From: an uncultured Methylomirabilota bacterium
Lineage (GTDB): Bacteria > Methylomirabilota > Methylomirabilia > Methylomirabilales > 2-02-FULL-66-22
NCBI GenBank assembly: GCA_963705305.1
Contig: OY970067.1
Location: 800,001-864,000 of the forward strand
Direction: 5' to 3'
Length of the DNA: 64,000 nt
In this document: positions 40,513 to 49,575 of the stretch, one piece after another
Position numbering within the stretch: position 1 is the stretch's first letter
Layout of the letters: each line of letters begins with the position of its first letter
Made by a program: the position numbers and the translations under genes
Notes under the pieces: model-generated
What the model saw: the letters and a program-made list of their open reading frames with translations, nothing else
What the model was told of the DNA's origin: nothing
Database searches by the model: none

Positions 40513-42102
40513 TCAATACGCCGCCACCACCCCGTCGCCGCGCGGATCCGCGGCGCCCTCGATCACGCCTGAGGGGTGCCGGACCAGCGCGCCGGCATGC
40601 CCCATGAGATCGCTGAAGTCGGCCATCACCTCGACGTCGTGCCCCGCGTGGCGCAACGCCTCCAGCAGGCCCGGCGCGAAGCGATTCTCCACCTTGAGGG
40701 TGGTGCTGGCCTGCCCCCACGTCCGGCCCAACAGCCAGCGCGGGGCGGTCACGGCGGCCTGAAGCTCCTGACCGAAGAGGACGTGGCGGCTGAACACGGC
40801 CGCCTGCGTCTGGGGTTGGCCCTCGCCCCCCATCGTCCCATACACCATGAGGCGGCCGTCCGCCAGGCGGGCCATGGCGGGGTTGAGGGTGTGGAACGGC
40901 TTGCGGCCGGGCCGCAGGACGTTCAGCGCTCCCTCCGCCAGGGAGAAGCTCATCCCCCGGTTCTGCCAGAGCACCCCCGTATCCGCCAGGACGACCCCCG
41001 AGCCGAACTCCCAGTAGATGCTCTGGATCAGGCTGACGGCCCGCCCCTCCCCGTCGATGACCCCCAGCCACACCGTGTCTCCGCCTTGGGCGGCAGCCGG
41101 CCAGGGGGCGGCCCTGTCCGGCCGGATGCGGCCGGCCATCTCCGCCAGCGCCGGCTCCGTCAGGTAGGCGGCGGGGTCCTCCCGCATGGAGGCGGGATCC
41201 GTGATGATGCGGTCGCGCACCAGGAATGCCTGCTTGGTGGCCTCGACCAGACCGTGGAGGTGCGCGAACCCTTCCGCCTCTTGGCAGCCCAGCCGGTCGA
41301 ATATGCCGAGGATGATCAGCGAGGCCAGCCCCTGGGTGGGCGGGGGCAGGTTGAAGACCGTGCCGCGCGCGAGGGAAACCGAGAGAGGCTTCGTCGCCAC
41401 GGCCCGGTGTGCCGCCAGATCCGCTGCCGTCACCGGACTCCCGACCCGGTGGAGCTCCGCGGCCACGGCCGCACCGATCTCTCCCCGGTAAAAGTCGTCC
41501 AGCCCGGCGTGGGCCAAGCGTTCCAGGGTGTCCGCCAGCCTGGGCTGCCGGAAGACGGATCCGGAGAGCGGCGGCTGACCGGCGGCCAGGAACTGGCCGG
41601 CAAAACCGGGCATCGCCTGGAGGCCCTCCAGCTTGGCCACCGTCAACCGGTGCTGGCTCCGGGTGAGCGGCACCCCCGCTCGCGCGTATTCGATCGCATC
41701 GGCGAGGAGCCGGGTCATGGGCAGGCGCCCTCCCCAGCGGCGGCCGATCTCGAGGGCGGCCTGCCAGCCCGAGACCGCTCCCGCCACGGTATTCGCAGCC
41801 AGGGGGCCCCGGGGAGGTATCGCGTCCAGTCCGTGACTCCGAAACAGCTCAACCGTTGCCTTCGCACCGGCCCCTCCGCAGGCCAGGATGCCGACCGGGT
41901 CCCGTCCCGGCTCGGCGATCAACCAGAAGTTGTCCCCGCCGACGCCGTTCATGTGCGGGTAGGCCACGGCCACGCTGGACGCGGACGCCAGCATGGCCTC
42001 GACGGCGTTGCCGCCCTCCCGGAGCACGGCCAGTCCCGCCTGCGCCGCGAGGTGGTGCGGCGCCACCACCATGCCGCGCATGGCTCTGGGTGTCTGAAGC
42101 AT
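40513..42102 (-). CDS. gamma-glutamyltransferase family protein, oxamate amidohydrolase HpxW-like
   Basis: [25 protein letters not shown] (Thr nucleophile), [29 protein letters not shown]. Confidence 0.9.
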   Translation of the reverse strand: MLQTPRAMRGMVVAPHHLAAQAGLAVLREGGNAVEAMLASASSVAVAYPHMNGVGGDNFWLIAEPGRDPVGILACGGAGAKATVELFRSHGLDAIPPRGPLAANTVAGAVSGWQAALEIGRRWGGRLPMTRLLADAIEYARAGVPLTRSQHRLTVAKLEGLQAMPGFAGQFLAAGQPPLSGSVFRQPRLADTLERLAHAGLDDFYRGEIGAAVAAELHRVGSPVTAADLAAHRAVATKPLSVSLARGTVFNLPPPTQGLASLIILGIFDRLGCQEAEGFAHLHGLVEATKQAFLVRDRIITDPASMREDPAAYLTEPALAEMAGRIRPDRAAPWPAAAQGGDTVWLGVIDGEGRAVSLIQSIYWEFGSGVVLADTGVLWQNRGMSFSLAEGALNVLRPGRKPFHTLNPAMARLADGRLMVYGTMGGEGQPQTQAAVFSRHVLFGQELQAAVTAPRWLLGRTWGQASTTLKVENRFAPGLLEALRHAGHDVEVMADFSDLMGHAGALVRHPSGVIEGAADPRGDGVVAAY

Positions 42103-42354
42103 GGAGCACTCCTCTCGATTACGAGAGAGAAACCGGTGGGGAACCGTCCGTTCGCAGGCCGCGTGTCCCGACACGCCGCTCCGAGGATCGCCGCGACGGC
42201 TGCCGGCTGTCAAGTCGGAGCCCGGCGAAGGTACGCTGCGGAAAACCTTCCTCTCCTGAAATCTTATTGCCAGAGGACGCTCCGCCGGATAGGATGCGCT
42301 CCCGGCATCGACGCTCCCGCCCCTGGAGCGAGACGGCCGAGAAGAGGAGTCGCC

Positions 42355-42972
42355 ATGACAAAGACGCTTGCCGGAATCGGAGCACTGTTCGCCTTTCTCG
42401 TCGTCCTGACGGGACCGGCCGCCACAGCCCAAAAGGAGAAGCAGACCATGCAGGGACCCCTCTACGCCACCTTCAAGACGAGCATGGGCGACATCGTGGT
42501 GCGCCTGTTCGAGGACAAGGCCCCCAAGACCGTCGAGAACTTCGTGGGCCTGGCTACGGGAACGAAGGAGTGGACCGATCCCAAGACGGGCCAGAAGGTC
42601 AAGCGGCCCCTGTACAACGGAACGATCTTCCATCGGGTCATCCCGAATTTCATGATTCAGGGCGGCGATCCCCTGGGAACGGGGCGGGGCGGACCGGGCT
42701 ATCGTTTTGCCGATGAATTCAATCCGGAGCTCCGCCACAACAAGGCGGGGATCCTGTCCATGGCCAATGCCGGCCCCAACACCAACGGCAGCCAGTTCTT
42801 TATCACCCTGGCCCCGACGCCGCACCTCGATGACCACCATTCGGTCTTCGGCGAGGTTGTCAAGGGGCAGGATGTCGTCGTCGCCATCGGCAACGTTCCC
42901 CGCGACCGGAACGACCGCCCCCTCAAAGACGTGGTCCTGAAGGAAGTCACCATCTCGCGGGGAAGCTACTAG
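42355..42972 (+). CDS. cyclophilin-type peptidyl-prolyl isomerase with signal peptide
   Basis: [32 protein letters not shown]. Confidence 0.96.
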   Translation: MTKTLAGIGALFAFLVVLTGPAATAQKEKQTMQGPLYATFKTSMGDIVVRLFEDKAPKTVENFVGLATGTKEWTDPKTGQKVKRPLYNGTIFHRVIPNFMIQGGDPLGTGRGGPGYRFADEFNPELRHNKAGILSMANAGPNTNGSQFFITLAPTPHLDDHHSVFGEVVKGQDVVVAIGNVPRDRNDRPLKDVVLKEVTISRGSY

Positions 42973-43229
42973 CGTCGCGCGCTGCCATTTCGCCGACACA
43001 CCGGCTGTCCCGAGAGCCATGGGGAACTGAGGTGCTTTTTGCTTCTCCTTACTCAACGCAATACAGCGGACCCCGCGGCCTGTCCCCGCCAATCTGGCCG
43101 TCCACACCATCCTGCGCCTACCGCATTTTCTCGAACCGGCCGCGTGCAGGATGTCGGCCGGCCGGGCCCGCAAACGCCACAGGCCCCGACCGGCGCTCGA
43201 TCGAGGCCTGCGAACTCGCCTGGCTCTGC

Positions 43230-43274
43230 GGTGGGCGAAGGTGGTTTCGAACCACCGACCCACTGCTTGTAAGG
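43230..43274 (-). tRNA. 3' half of tRNA-Val(TAC); probable att site, not an intact tRNA
   Basis: Minus strand CCTTACAAGCAGTGGGTCGGTGGTTCGAAACCACCTTCGCCCACC gives anticodon loop, T arm and acceptor 3' strand. D arm and 5' acceptor strand are absent. Confidence 0.85.
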
Positions 43275-43391
43275 TAAAGCCAGAGCTTTCAGTCTCTTAC
43301 CGGATATTCCAGAATACTCAATGTTGTCAGGGAATTATGCGTTTACCCTTTCAGCCTGCTCAACCCCAATTTGGCCTGTTTTGGGCGCTCG

Positions 43392-43413
43392 TGTTTGCCA
43401 GATGTTTGCCAGA
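43392..43413. repeat. tandem 11-bp repeat TGTTTGCCAGA x2; candidate integrase arm-type site
   Basis: Exact tandem duplicate about 120 bp inside the tRNA fragment. Confidence 0.55.
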
Positions 43414-43610
43414 AATTTCGCCTGAGATGGGCGCACGCTCCTATTCGAACGCTCAGCGTGAGCCGCGCCGTTTCTCAGGCATCGGCTCCACGCGTTCGTT
43501 CGGCCCGTGTCAGTCATTGCACCTGTCCAAACGCCCTCTGCGAATCTCTATTTTGCTCGGCCTTTTCCTGTTCTTTAGACCGACCAGATGTGAGATTAGC
43601 CAATTCGTGG

Positions 43611-44624
43611 TTACGTCTTCAAGTGTGCAAAGTGCCTCTTCATTGTGCGCCGCGACGTCATTTCGAGAAACGCGGTTACATTGCTGAACTCCGGCCCGAC
43701 AGGCTCGGTGGCTTTGCCATCCGGAGTAACCAACCAGTACCAGTAATAGGTCCCGCCTCCCCAGAAGTAGCGGTGTTGCTGAACGACCAAATACCCCTCA
43801 AACTCGCCTGAGGCGACGACGTTCAGGGTAATCCCGGGACAAGTGAAGCTGACTTGACCCGTTCGAAAATCCAACCGGTGAATGGCGCCTGATGTAGCCC
43901 ACGCCTCGCTGAGGAAGAACAGGCTCACTCCGTCTGGTGAGAATTGAGGAGTCTGTAATCCCGCCAGGACCTTTTGCGGGTCTGAGTGTGCGGTACTTTG
44001 CACGAGACAGCGAGCGTTTCGCCCATCCACATCAACAATCCAGATGTCGTTCGCAACAGCCGCTCCGGCTCCCACATCTATCTTCGGACGCGCGCTGAAT
44101 AGCAAAAAGGCGACCTTCGTTCGGTCGGGAGAAAACGTAGGATGTGCGATCCGTCCATCAACCGAGATCTCGGTGCGGGCGTTGTCGACATTGGTCACGA
44201 AGAGACGTCCGTTTACCTCCGAAACCTCGGTTGCTCTTGGCAATTCCTTCTCGATAGGACGATTAACCTGATTCTCGTCGCATCTGGCGGATACAACGGG
44301 GAACGATACGTCCGTCGCGATCAGATCGGGGAGGGGGACGAGCTTCTGCATCTGTACAACCAAGGACCGCTTCCAGTATCGTACTTCCTCCGGCGTGAAT
44401 CCCTTCGATTGGCTCGTCGTGGAGTCGTACTCATCGTGATGCCGGAGGCACAACACAACAAGGTTGTCGTATCGGCTGTCATTTCGGTCTCTCGAAATAT
44501 GGGCAATCTGTACCTTCTTCGGACCATGGTCGCCGTCAAGAGAGAAGCACAGACAACAACGGCGTCGGCTTTCCACAAGAAGCCGTGTCTCAACATCCTT
44601 GTGAATGGATACTCGCTTCCGCAT
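43611..44624 (-). CDS. HNH-like nuclease domain fused to a TolB/PD40-like beta-propeller
   Basis: RRRCCLC...IAHI...NLVVLCLRHHDEYD, then PTFSPDRTKVAF, IWIVDVDG, PQFSPDG. Confidence 0.8.
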   Translation of the reverse strand: MRKRVSIHKDVETRLLVESRRRCCLCFSLDGDHGPKKVQIAHISRDRNDSRYDNLVVLCLRHHDEYDSTTSQSKGFTPEEVRYWKRSLVVQMQKLVPLPDLIATDVSFPVVSARCDENQVNRPIEKELPRATEVSEVNGRLFVTNVDNARTEISVDGRIAHPTFSPDRTKVAFLLFSARPKIDVGAGAAVANDIWIVDVDGRNARCLVQSTAHSDPQKVLAGLQTPQFSPDGVSLFFLSEAWATSGAIHRLDFRTGQVSFTCPGITLNVVASGEFEGYLVVQQHRYFWGGGTYYWYWLVTPDGKATEPVGPEFSNVTAFLEMTSRRTMKRHFAHLKT

Positions 44625-44874
44625 GCCGTTGTTCGTTCACTCAGCCGAGAGCAGCTTTAAGGACTAGCTCAAAGCTGCGGCGTCGTGAGACCGCGTATCC
44701 TCCCATTTGATTTCACCCAGAGCGCCGCGGGTTGAGGGACCCGGGAGAAACGAGACGTTGCCCATATTGAGGATGGGGGAAGCGAGCACGCCGCTTCAGC
44801 TTGCGCTTCAGCAAACTCCCAGATCCCTTGTCGCAGAAGGTCTTCAACCACAGAGGCGCCTCAAGTACTAGCAC

Positions 44875-44966
44875 CCCGCCGTGCCGCTGAGCCGCGGCGG
44901 GGAAACGGAGGCTTCAATCTAGTAAGCACGCGCATACCCGCCGACGGATCGAACGCCTTGTTGGGC
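44875..44966 (-). repeat. attC site 12 (degenerate, no GTT core)
   Basis: R'' GCCCAAC and internal inverted repeat present; R' end eroded. Confidence 0.6.
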
Positions 44967-44988
44967 AGCACCACCAAGTCCACGTCGC

Positions 44989-45510
44989 TCACTTCAAGAA
45001 CCTGACGAGATTGCCGAGCTGCCTGGTCCATTGTGCGAACGGGCTCTTTGGGTTCCTATCCGCAAACTCCCGGAACAAAGCAGCCGCTTCGTCGCGCATG
45101 AAACCGGGAGTCGTTTCAGGCGCCTTGTAGAAGGAAAGCTGCTCGCTCTTCTTCTCCCATTTCTGCACGATTTCCATGACCCCATCACCAGGCGACTCCA
45201 AACCATAGACGAGCCTTCCCAGATTCAGGTTCATGATCAAGCCGAAGCACATCATGCACGGCTCAAGAGTGACGTACACGCAGTGTTCCTGCCGCGCGGC
45301 GCGCTTGAGGTTGCAGATGGATGGGGCCGCAGCGCTTAAAACCCGGAACTCAGCGTGCGCGAGTAGGTTGCGGTCGCCGGCAACGCGATTGTGTGCTTCC
45401 TCTACCACGCGGTCGCCGGAGACCAGTACGGCGGCAATCGGAAGCTCCCCAAGTTCCAGCGCAGTTCGAGCGAGTTCAAGGGCTCGTCGCATGTGACGCT
45501 CGTCACTCAT
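44989..45510 (-). CDS. cassette 12: nucleoside/nucleotide deaminase (TadA-like fold)
   Basis: HAE and TLEPCMMC motifs. Confidence 0.9.
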   Translation of the reverse strand: MSDERHMRRALELARTALELGELPIAAVLVSGDRVVEEAHNRVAGDRNLLAHAEFRVLSAAAPSICNLKRAARQEHCVYVTLEPCMMCFGLIMNLNLGRLVYGLESPGDGVMEIVQKWEKKSEQLSFYKAPETTPGFMRDEAAALFREFADRNPKSPFAQWTRQLGNLVRFLK

Positions 45511-45539
45511 ATTCCCTCCGAGCTACATTTTGCTGTGCT

Positions 45540-45611
45540 GCCCAACGGGGCGGTGAGCAGCCGCGAGCGAGCGAATGCGAGCCCGCGGGCTGCTCGACTG
45601 CGAAGTTGGGA
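45540..45611 (-). repeat. attC site 11
   Basis: TCCCAAC...palindrome...GTTGGGC. Confidence 0.85.
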
Positions 45612-45617
45612 CGCGTT

Positions 45618-46220
45618 CTAGATGACAAATTCATACCTGACAGGTGCTGCGAGCTGCTGAGCGGCGCGATTCCAGGCCGCCACGCGGTCGGATTTCGGCC
45701 CCGCTGCAGCGAACTGATCGATCGACGCCTCGAGATCGTCGATGAGGCATACCGTCGAGACCGGCAACCAGAACCTACCGGCCTGGATCGAAGCGGCTGG
45801 TTCAAGGTGGGTCACAGGAATCTCACGACCCTCAACTTGGGTCAGAGCAACTCGCGGTCCCCTGTAACAGAGCCAGCCCAGGGACTCGCCCTTGCTGTTC
45901 GTGATGACCTTCGGATCGAACTCGTGCACGGAACCGCAGCGGTACATTTCGTAGATCTCTCCCGCCCGTTTGGCGTAGCGCCGGTCGATGCGCGACATCA
46001 CGTCGGTGAGGTAGTCGCGCGATCGCTGACCAACCTGTGCCTTGCCGGTGTAGAGGTGTCCCAGATGATCGACGTAGCTCAAGACCTCACGGCTGATCGC
46101 GAAGGGCGCGGCGCCAGTGGTCGCAAGAAGCGGCCGGATGTCGCCGTCCACGGTGCCCTTCAGACCCTGGAGGTATGGGCGTGCGTCCGCCCAAGCGGCG
46201 ATTATCGGAACGTCAGCCAC
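45618..46220 (-). CDS. cassette 11: hypothetical protein with Rx4H motif
   Basis: GGAGGAGG RBS, GTG start, YRCGSVHE. Confidence 0.8.
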   Translation of the reverse strand: MADVPIIAAWADARPYLQGLKGTVDGDIRPLLATTGAAPFAISREVLSYVDHLGHLYTGKAQVGQRSRDYLTDVMSRIDRRYAKRAGEIYEMYRCGSVHEFDPKVITNSKGESLGWLCYRGPRVALTQVEGREIPVTHLEPAASIQAGRFWLPVSTVCLIDDLEASIDQFAAAGPKSDRVAAWNRAAQQLAAPVRYEFVI

Positions 46221-46253
46221 GGCCTCCTCCCAGCCTCTTGAGCCTTGTTGTTG

Positions 46254-46315
46254 GCCCAACTTCCGGTTCAGCCGCCCCCGCTGTTTGCGGGACGGCTGGA
46301 ACCGGTGGGTTAGAC
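46254..46315 (-). repeat. attC site 10
   Basis: GTCTAAC...palindrome...GTTGGGC. Confidence 0.9.
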
Positions 46316-47038
46316 GCCTCCGTTCGAGCGGATCGCTTTGAGCGCAGAGATCAGTTCTGGTGCTACCTGTCGGACGAAAGCGACCTTGGCGTCGCTCACC
46401 GGCTCACCATGGACAGCAGGGGAAGCCACGGCATTTACCTCCCGCACTACATTGGCGAGGCGAGGATCGAGGAGACCTTCGTTTGCCAGCATACGGGTGA
46501 CGTGAAGGACAGGAATGGGCCGCCTTACCTCCTCTGCTTGGACGCGATCGGCCATGATGCGCCTGAGTTCCTTCTCAATATGATACCTGGCGCTGAAGAG
46601 AAAGGCGACGTCGTCTGAGACTGGAGGAATATCTGCTCTGGGCTGAGGGCGTTCGATGCCGTATTCTCGTAGCACCTCGGTCATCACACCGCGGAGCTGC
46701 CCTTCCAGTGCCGGGAGTTGTGAGTCGGGAGGTGGTGCAGGGGCATGGAATACTGGGTTAATCTGGGTGCGGACATCGACTGAACTGCGGATGTCGCTGC
46801 GGAGGCCAGATACCTCGTCTTTCAACTCCTTTATCTGCTGGTTCAACTTGAGACCGAAGAGATTCACTTCCTTGAACACCGGAGCGAGAAAGAGCGCGAC
46901 GAAAAGAAGGAGGACAACCAGGTCCATAGGAGCTGCCGTCCCGGAAGTAATGGCCGGCAATCTGAGGTAGAGAACCGACCCCGCGCTGGCGAGTAAGACC
47001 GCCCACCAAATCACCTTAAACCAGTTCGGGAAAACCAT
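46310..47038 (-). CDS. cassette 10: 2-TM protein with coiled coil and helical C-terminal domain
   Basis: Two hydrophobic helices; RYHIEKELRR...AVHGE; stop codon lies in R''. Confidence 0.82.
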   Translation of the reverse strand: MVFPNWFKVIWWAVLLASAGSVLYLRLPAITSGTAAPMDLVVLLLFVALFLAPVFKEVNLFGLKLNQQIKELKDEVSGLRSDIRSSVDVRTQINPVFHAPAPPPDSQLPALEGQLRGVMTEVLREYGIERPQPRADIPPVSDDVAFLFSARYHIEKELRRIMADRVQAEEVRRPIPVLHVTRMLANEGLLDPRLANVVREVNAVASPAVHGEPVSDAKVAFVRQVAPELISALKAIRSNGGV

Positions 47039-47063
47039 CAGACCAGTCCTTTTGCGTGCAGGC

Positions 47064-47153
47064 GCCTAACGCCACGTTGAGCCGCGCGGGGCACGAATAC
47101 AACAGGAAACCGCGCGCTGCTTCACCGCGTCGGCCTCGAACGCGAAGTTAGGC
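47064..47153 (-). repeat. attC site 9
   Basis: GCCTAAC...GTTAGGC with internal inverted repeat. Confidence 0.9.
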
Positions 47154-47162
47154 ATTTGCCTC

Positions 47163-47624
47163 TTAGTCGCCACGCTTTACGCGCTCCCATTCTGCCTTAA
47201 GTATCTTCTGGGTTTGTTGGATAACTGGCTCAGTCGCTTCATCCAGAATATTGGACAGGCCACGCTTTGTGTTTATGGCATTTAGTGCCTTTTTGCTCGC
47301 AGTAGACATTAGTGCAAGTAACTCTTGATGGTCCTTCTCGTTTGGATTAAGGAGTAGCTTTACTACTTGCTCCTTTAAAGTGATTTCCCCATGCTTCTCA
47401 ATTGCCTGTTCAACGGTGATTGCATCTGCTGAATACGCAGAGGGAACATGTTTGACCTCCTGTACAAAGCTTGCGATCTCGTTTCGTAAACGATTTATCC
47501 ACTCTTGCCGGTTTGCAGAGACAACCGACGATTTAATCTGTTTTCTTGCTACGTAAAGCGTAACAATTGGGCCAACTAATACTGCTACCAAAACAGTGAC
47601 TGCGCTGATAAGTGCTGTATTCAT
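47163..47624 (-). CDS. cassette 9: AT-rich single-TM helical hypothetical protein
   Basis: N-terminal TM segment, RQEWINRLR...LLLNP...LKAEWERVK. Confidence 0.85.
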   Translation of the reverse strand: MNTALISAVTVLVAVLVGPIVTLYVARKQIKSSVVSANRQEWINRLRNEIASFVQEVKHVPSAYSADAITVEQAIEKHGEITLKEQVVKLLLNPNEKDHQELLALMSTASKKALNAINTKRGLSNILDEATEPVIQQTQKILKAEWERVKRGD

Positions 47625-47632
47625 ATTCAAAT

Positions 47633-47710
47633 GCCTAACGTTGTGGCTAACCGGCGCGCGAAAGGGGGCGAAGCCGACTGAAGCGCGTCCGGTTGAGCCG
47701 CGTGTCAGGC
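47633..47710 (-). repeat. attC site 8 (variant R'' GCCTGAC)
   Basis: Palindrome ending GTTAGGC. Confidence 0.85.
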
Positions 47711-47738
47711 CCGACCGTGGTAGATGTCGGGCCTGAGC

Positions 47739-48083
47739 TTACTCTTGCCTGACTATATCGACCGAGATCTCCACCGCCGGAATCGTTCCTCTGTTCTCAA
47801 GCCAGTGTGTGGTGTTCCTATCCTCGGGCCAGCCCACTCCCGGCCCATAGTCCGTAGCGACTCCATTTCGATGGTCAGTGATTGTTCCTTGCAGTATGTA
47901 GACGGTGCCTGGTCTGTCTTTATGGTCGTGAATCGGGCCGAAGACGCCTCCAGGCTCGATAGTCACCATACGCATTCGAAGTTGGCGCCCTGCCATGCCC
48001 TCGATCTCAGGGCCAAGGTCAACTGTTGCAAGTAACTTCACCGTAACACCTTTCGTCTCAGGTGCCACCTGTTCGCTGCTCAT
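47739..48083 (-). CDS. cassette 8: cupin domain protein
   Basis: IEPGG..IHDH..PGTVYILQG...HWLENRG. Confidence 0.9.
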   Translation of the reverse strand: MSSEQVAPETKGVTVKLLATVDLGPEIEGMAGRQLRMRMVTIEPGGVFGPIHDHKDRPGTVYILQGTITDHRNGVATDYGPGVGWPEDRNTTHWLENRGTIPAVEISVDIVRQE

Positions 48084-48109
48084 CGTGCTCTTTTCTCTGT
48101 ACTTCCAGG

Positions 48110-48170
48110 GCCTAACGTTTGAGCTCAGTGGCGGCCCGTCAGGGCCGTCCACTGCAACGAATTGTAAGGC
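48110..48170 (-). repeat. attC site 7 (variant R'' GCCTTAC)
   Basis: Palindrome ending GTTAGGC. Confidence 0.85.
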
Positions 48171-48229
48171 AAACCGTTAAGAAGCATGACATATAAATGA
48201 CCACACGCGGGGCCGACAGCGGCGCCCAC

Positions 48230-48787
48230 CTAACCCACCAAAGAGTACACACCACCTGGAAGCTTCGACTGCATCATTTTCCTTCGATTCAACTTGCGCC
48301 CATCCACCACGAAGGTGCCATCACCAATTGCGTGTATGGTTCGCTTCTCTTTTCGTGAACTATCGAAGTACGCAGCGACGCCTTCGAGCACAACGATATT
48401 GTGCTTTTTGACGATATCGATAACTCTGCATTCGATATTTGCCAGGCATTCCTTAATCAGGGGCGACCTGACATGCTTTCCCTTCACAGGAGTTAGTCCA
48501 AACGTTTCACATTTGTCTGTGTCGGCGCCGGAACATGTTCCCACACCAACGACTTGATCAATTAGATCCACCGTGGGAATTGCAATTACGCATTCTTTAG
48601 ATTTCCTGAGTGCGGTGTAGGAATAGTTCCAGGGGCCTGTAGTTATGGCAAATATCGGCGTAAAGTCCACCACCATGGTCCATGATATAGTCATTATGTT
48701 GTTCTTCTCTCCATCATTTGTCGTAATGAAGACAACTGGGCCTGATTCCATCAAAGTGAATGCTTTGCTGATCTGCATCCTTTTCAT
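48230..48787 (-). CDS. cassette 7: flavin reductase family protein
   Basis: GPVVFITT, NIMTISW, GTCSGADTDK, PLIKECLANIEC. Confidence 0.9.
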   Translation of the reverse strand: MKRMQISKAFTLMESGPVVFITTNDGEKNNIMTISWTMVVDFTPIFAITTGPWNYSYTALRKSKECVIAIPTVDLIDQVVGVGTCSGADTDKCETFGLTPVKGKHVRSPLIKECLANIECRVIDIVKKHNIVVLEGVAAYFDSSRKEKRTIHAIGDGTFVVDGRKLNRRKMMQSKLPGGVYSLVG

Positions 48788-48809
48788 CGCCGCAGCCCTC
48801 ATACTGTTT

Positions 48810-48872
48810 GCCTAACGCCCCGCCTAACCCTTCGGCGCGATAGCGACGAGAGGGTTCAGGCGGTTGTTCGCA
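48810..48872 (-). repeat. attC site 6
   Basis: TGCGAAC...palindrome...GTTAGGC. Confidence 0.85.
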
Positions 48873-48978
48873 TCCCGCTCGCCATGCGTCCAGCCAAAAG
48901 ATCGAAGGTCCAGCCCGGCTCCCTCTTGCCACAGAAGCCGGCGGCCGCGGACGGCGGGGAACCCTCACGCGCGTCCCG

Positions 48979-49419
48979 CTATTTCCGGCCCGCCGCCGCC
49001 AGGGTCTTGCCCAGCGCCTTGAGTTGCGCCGCCGCGGCCTTGTCGGGCCGGTTCTGCACCAGCACGGGCGCCGCCACCACCTTGAACCTGAATGTGGCGC
49101 AAATGCTCTTCACACTCTCCACCGCCTTCCCGCCGCCCCCGTGCGTGACGAAAATGCCGCATGGCTTGTCCGCCACCTGCCCCTGCGTTGGGTAGAACGA
49201 GCGGTCAAAGAAATCCTTCACGCCGCCCGCCATGTACGAGAAGTAGTCCGGGGTGCCTATCGCAATCGCATCGCAGGCGCGGAGGTCCTTCGGACCCGCT
49301 TGCAGACCTTCCTTGAGAATGGGCTCAGCGCCGCCCGCTTTCGCCCCCTCGGCCACGGCTTCCGCCGCCGCCTTCGTGTTCCCGCTCAAGGAGTGATACA
49401 CAATCAGCACTCTGGCCAC
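48979..49419 (-). CDS. cassette 6: flavodoxin/WrbA-like protein
   Basis: VYHSLSGNTKAAAEAV, GTPDYF, KDFFDR; GAGGAGG RBS. Confidence 0.9.
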   Translation of the reverse strand: MARVLIVYHSLSGNTKAAAEAVAEGAKAGGAEPILKEGLQAGPKDLRACDAIAIGTPDYFSYMAGGVKDFFDRSFYPTQGQVADKPCGIFVTHGGGGKAVESVKSICATFRFKVVAAPVLVQNRPDKAAAAQLKALGKTLAAAGRK

Positions 49420-49511
49420 ACTCGCACCCTCCTCTCGGTTTGCCGACACACCGCCCCTCTCCGCTTCGCCCCTCCTCCCTCCGCGTGTCCGCATTCTTCC
49501 TGCGCCTTCTC

Positions 49512-49569
49512 TGCCAACGTTTAGGGTGAGAGGCGCGTCCGCGCGTCCTTCTCAACCCGATGGTTAGAC
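49512..49569 (-). repeat. attC site 5
   Basis: GTCTAAC...palindrome...GTTGGCA. Confidence 0.88.
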
Positions 49570-49575
49570 CGTCAC

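Noticed and set aside
42103..43263. Apparent 916-aa GGT with a long N-terminal extension
   Set aside because: The extension is the antisense of the cyclophilin gene; GGT homology starts at ATG 42102
43200..43320. Intact tRNA-Val
   Set aside because: No D arm or 5' acceptor strand; recorded as a fragment
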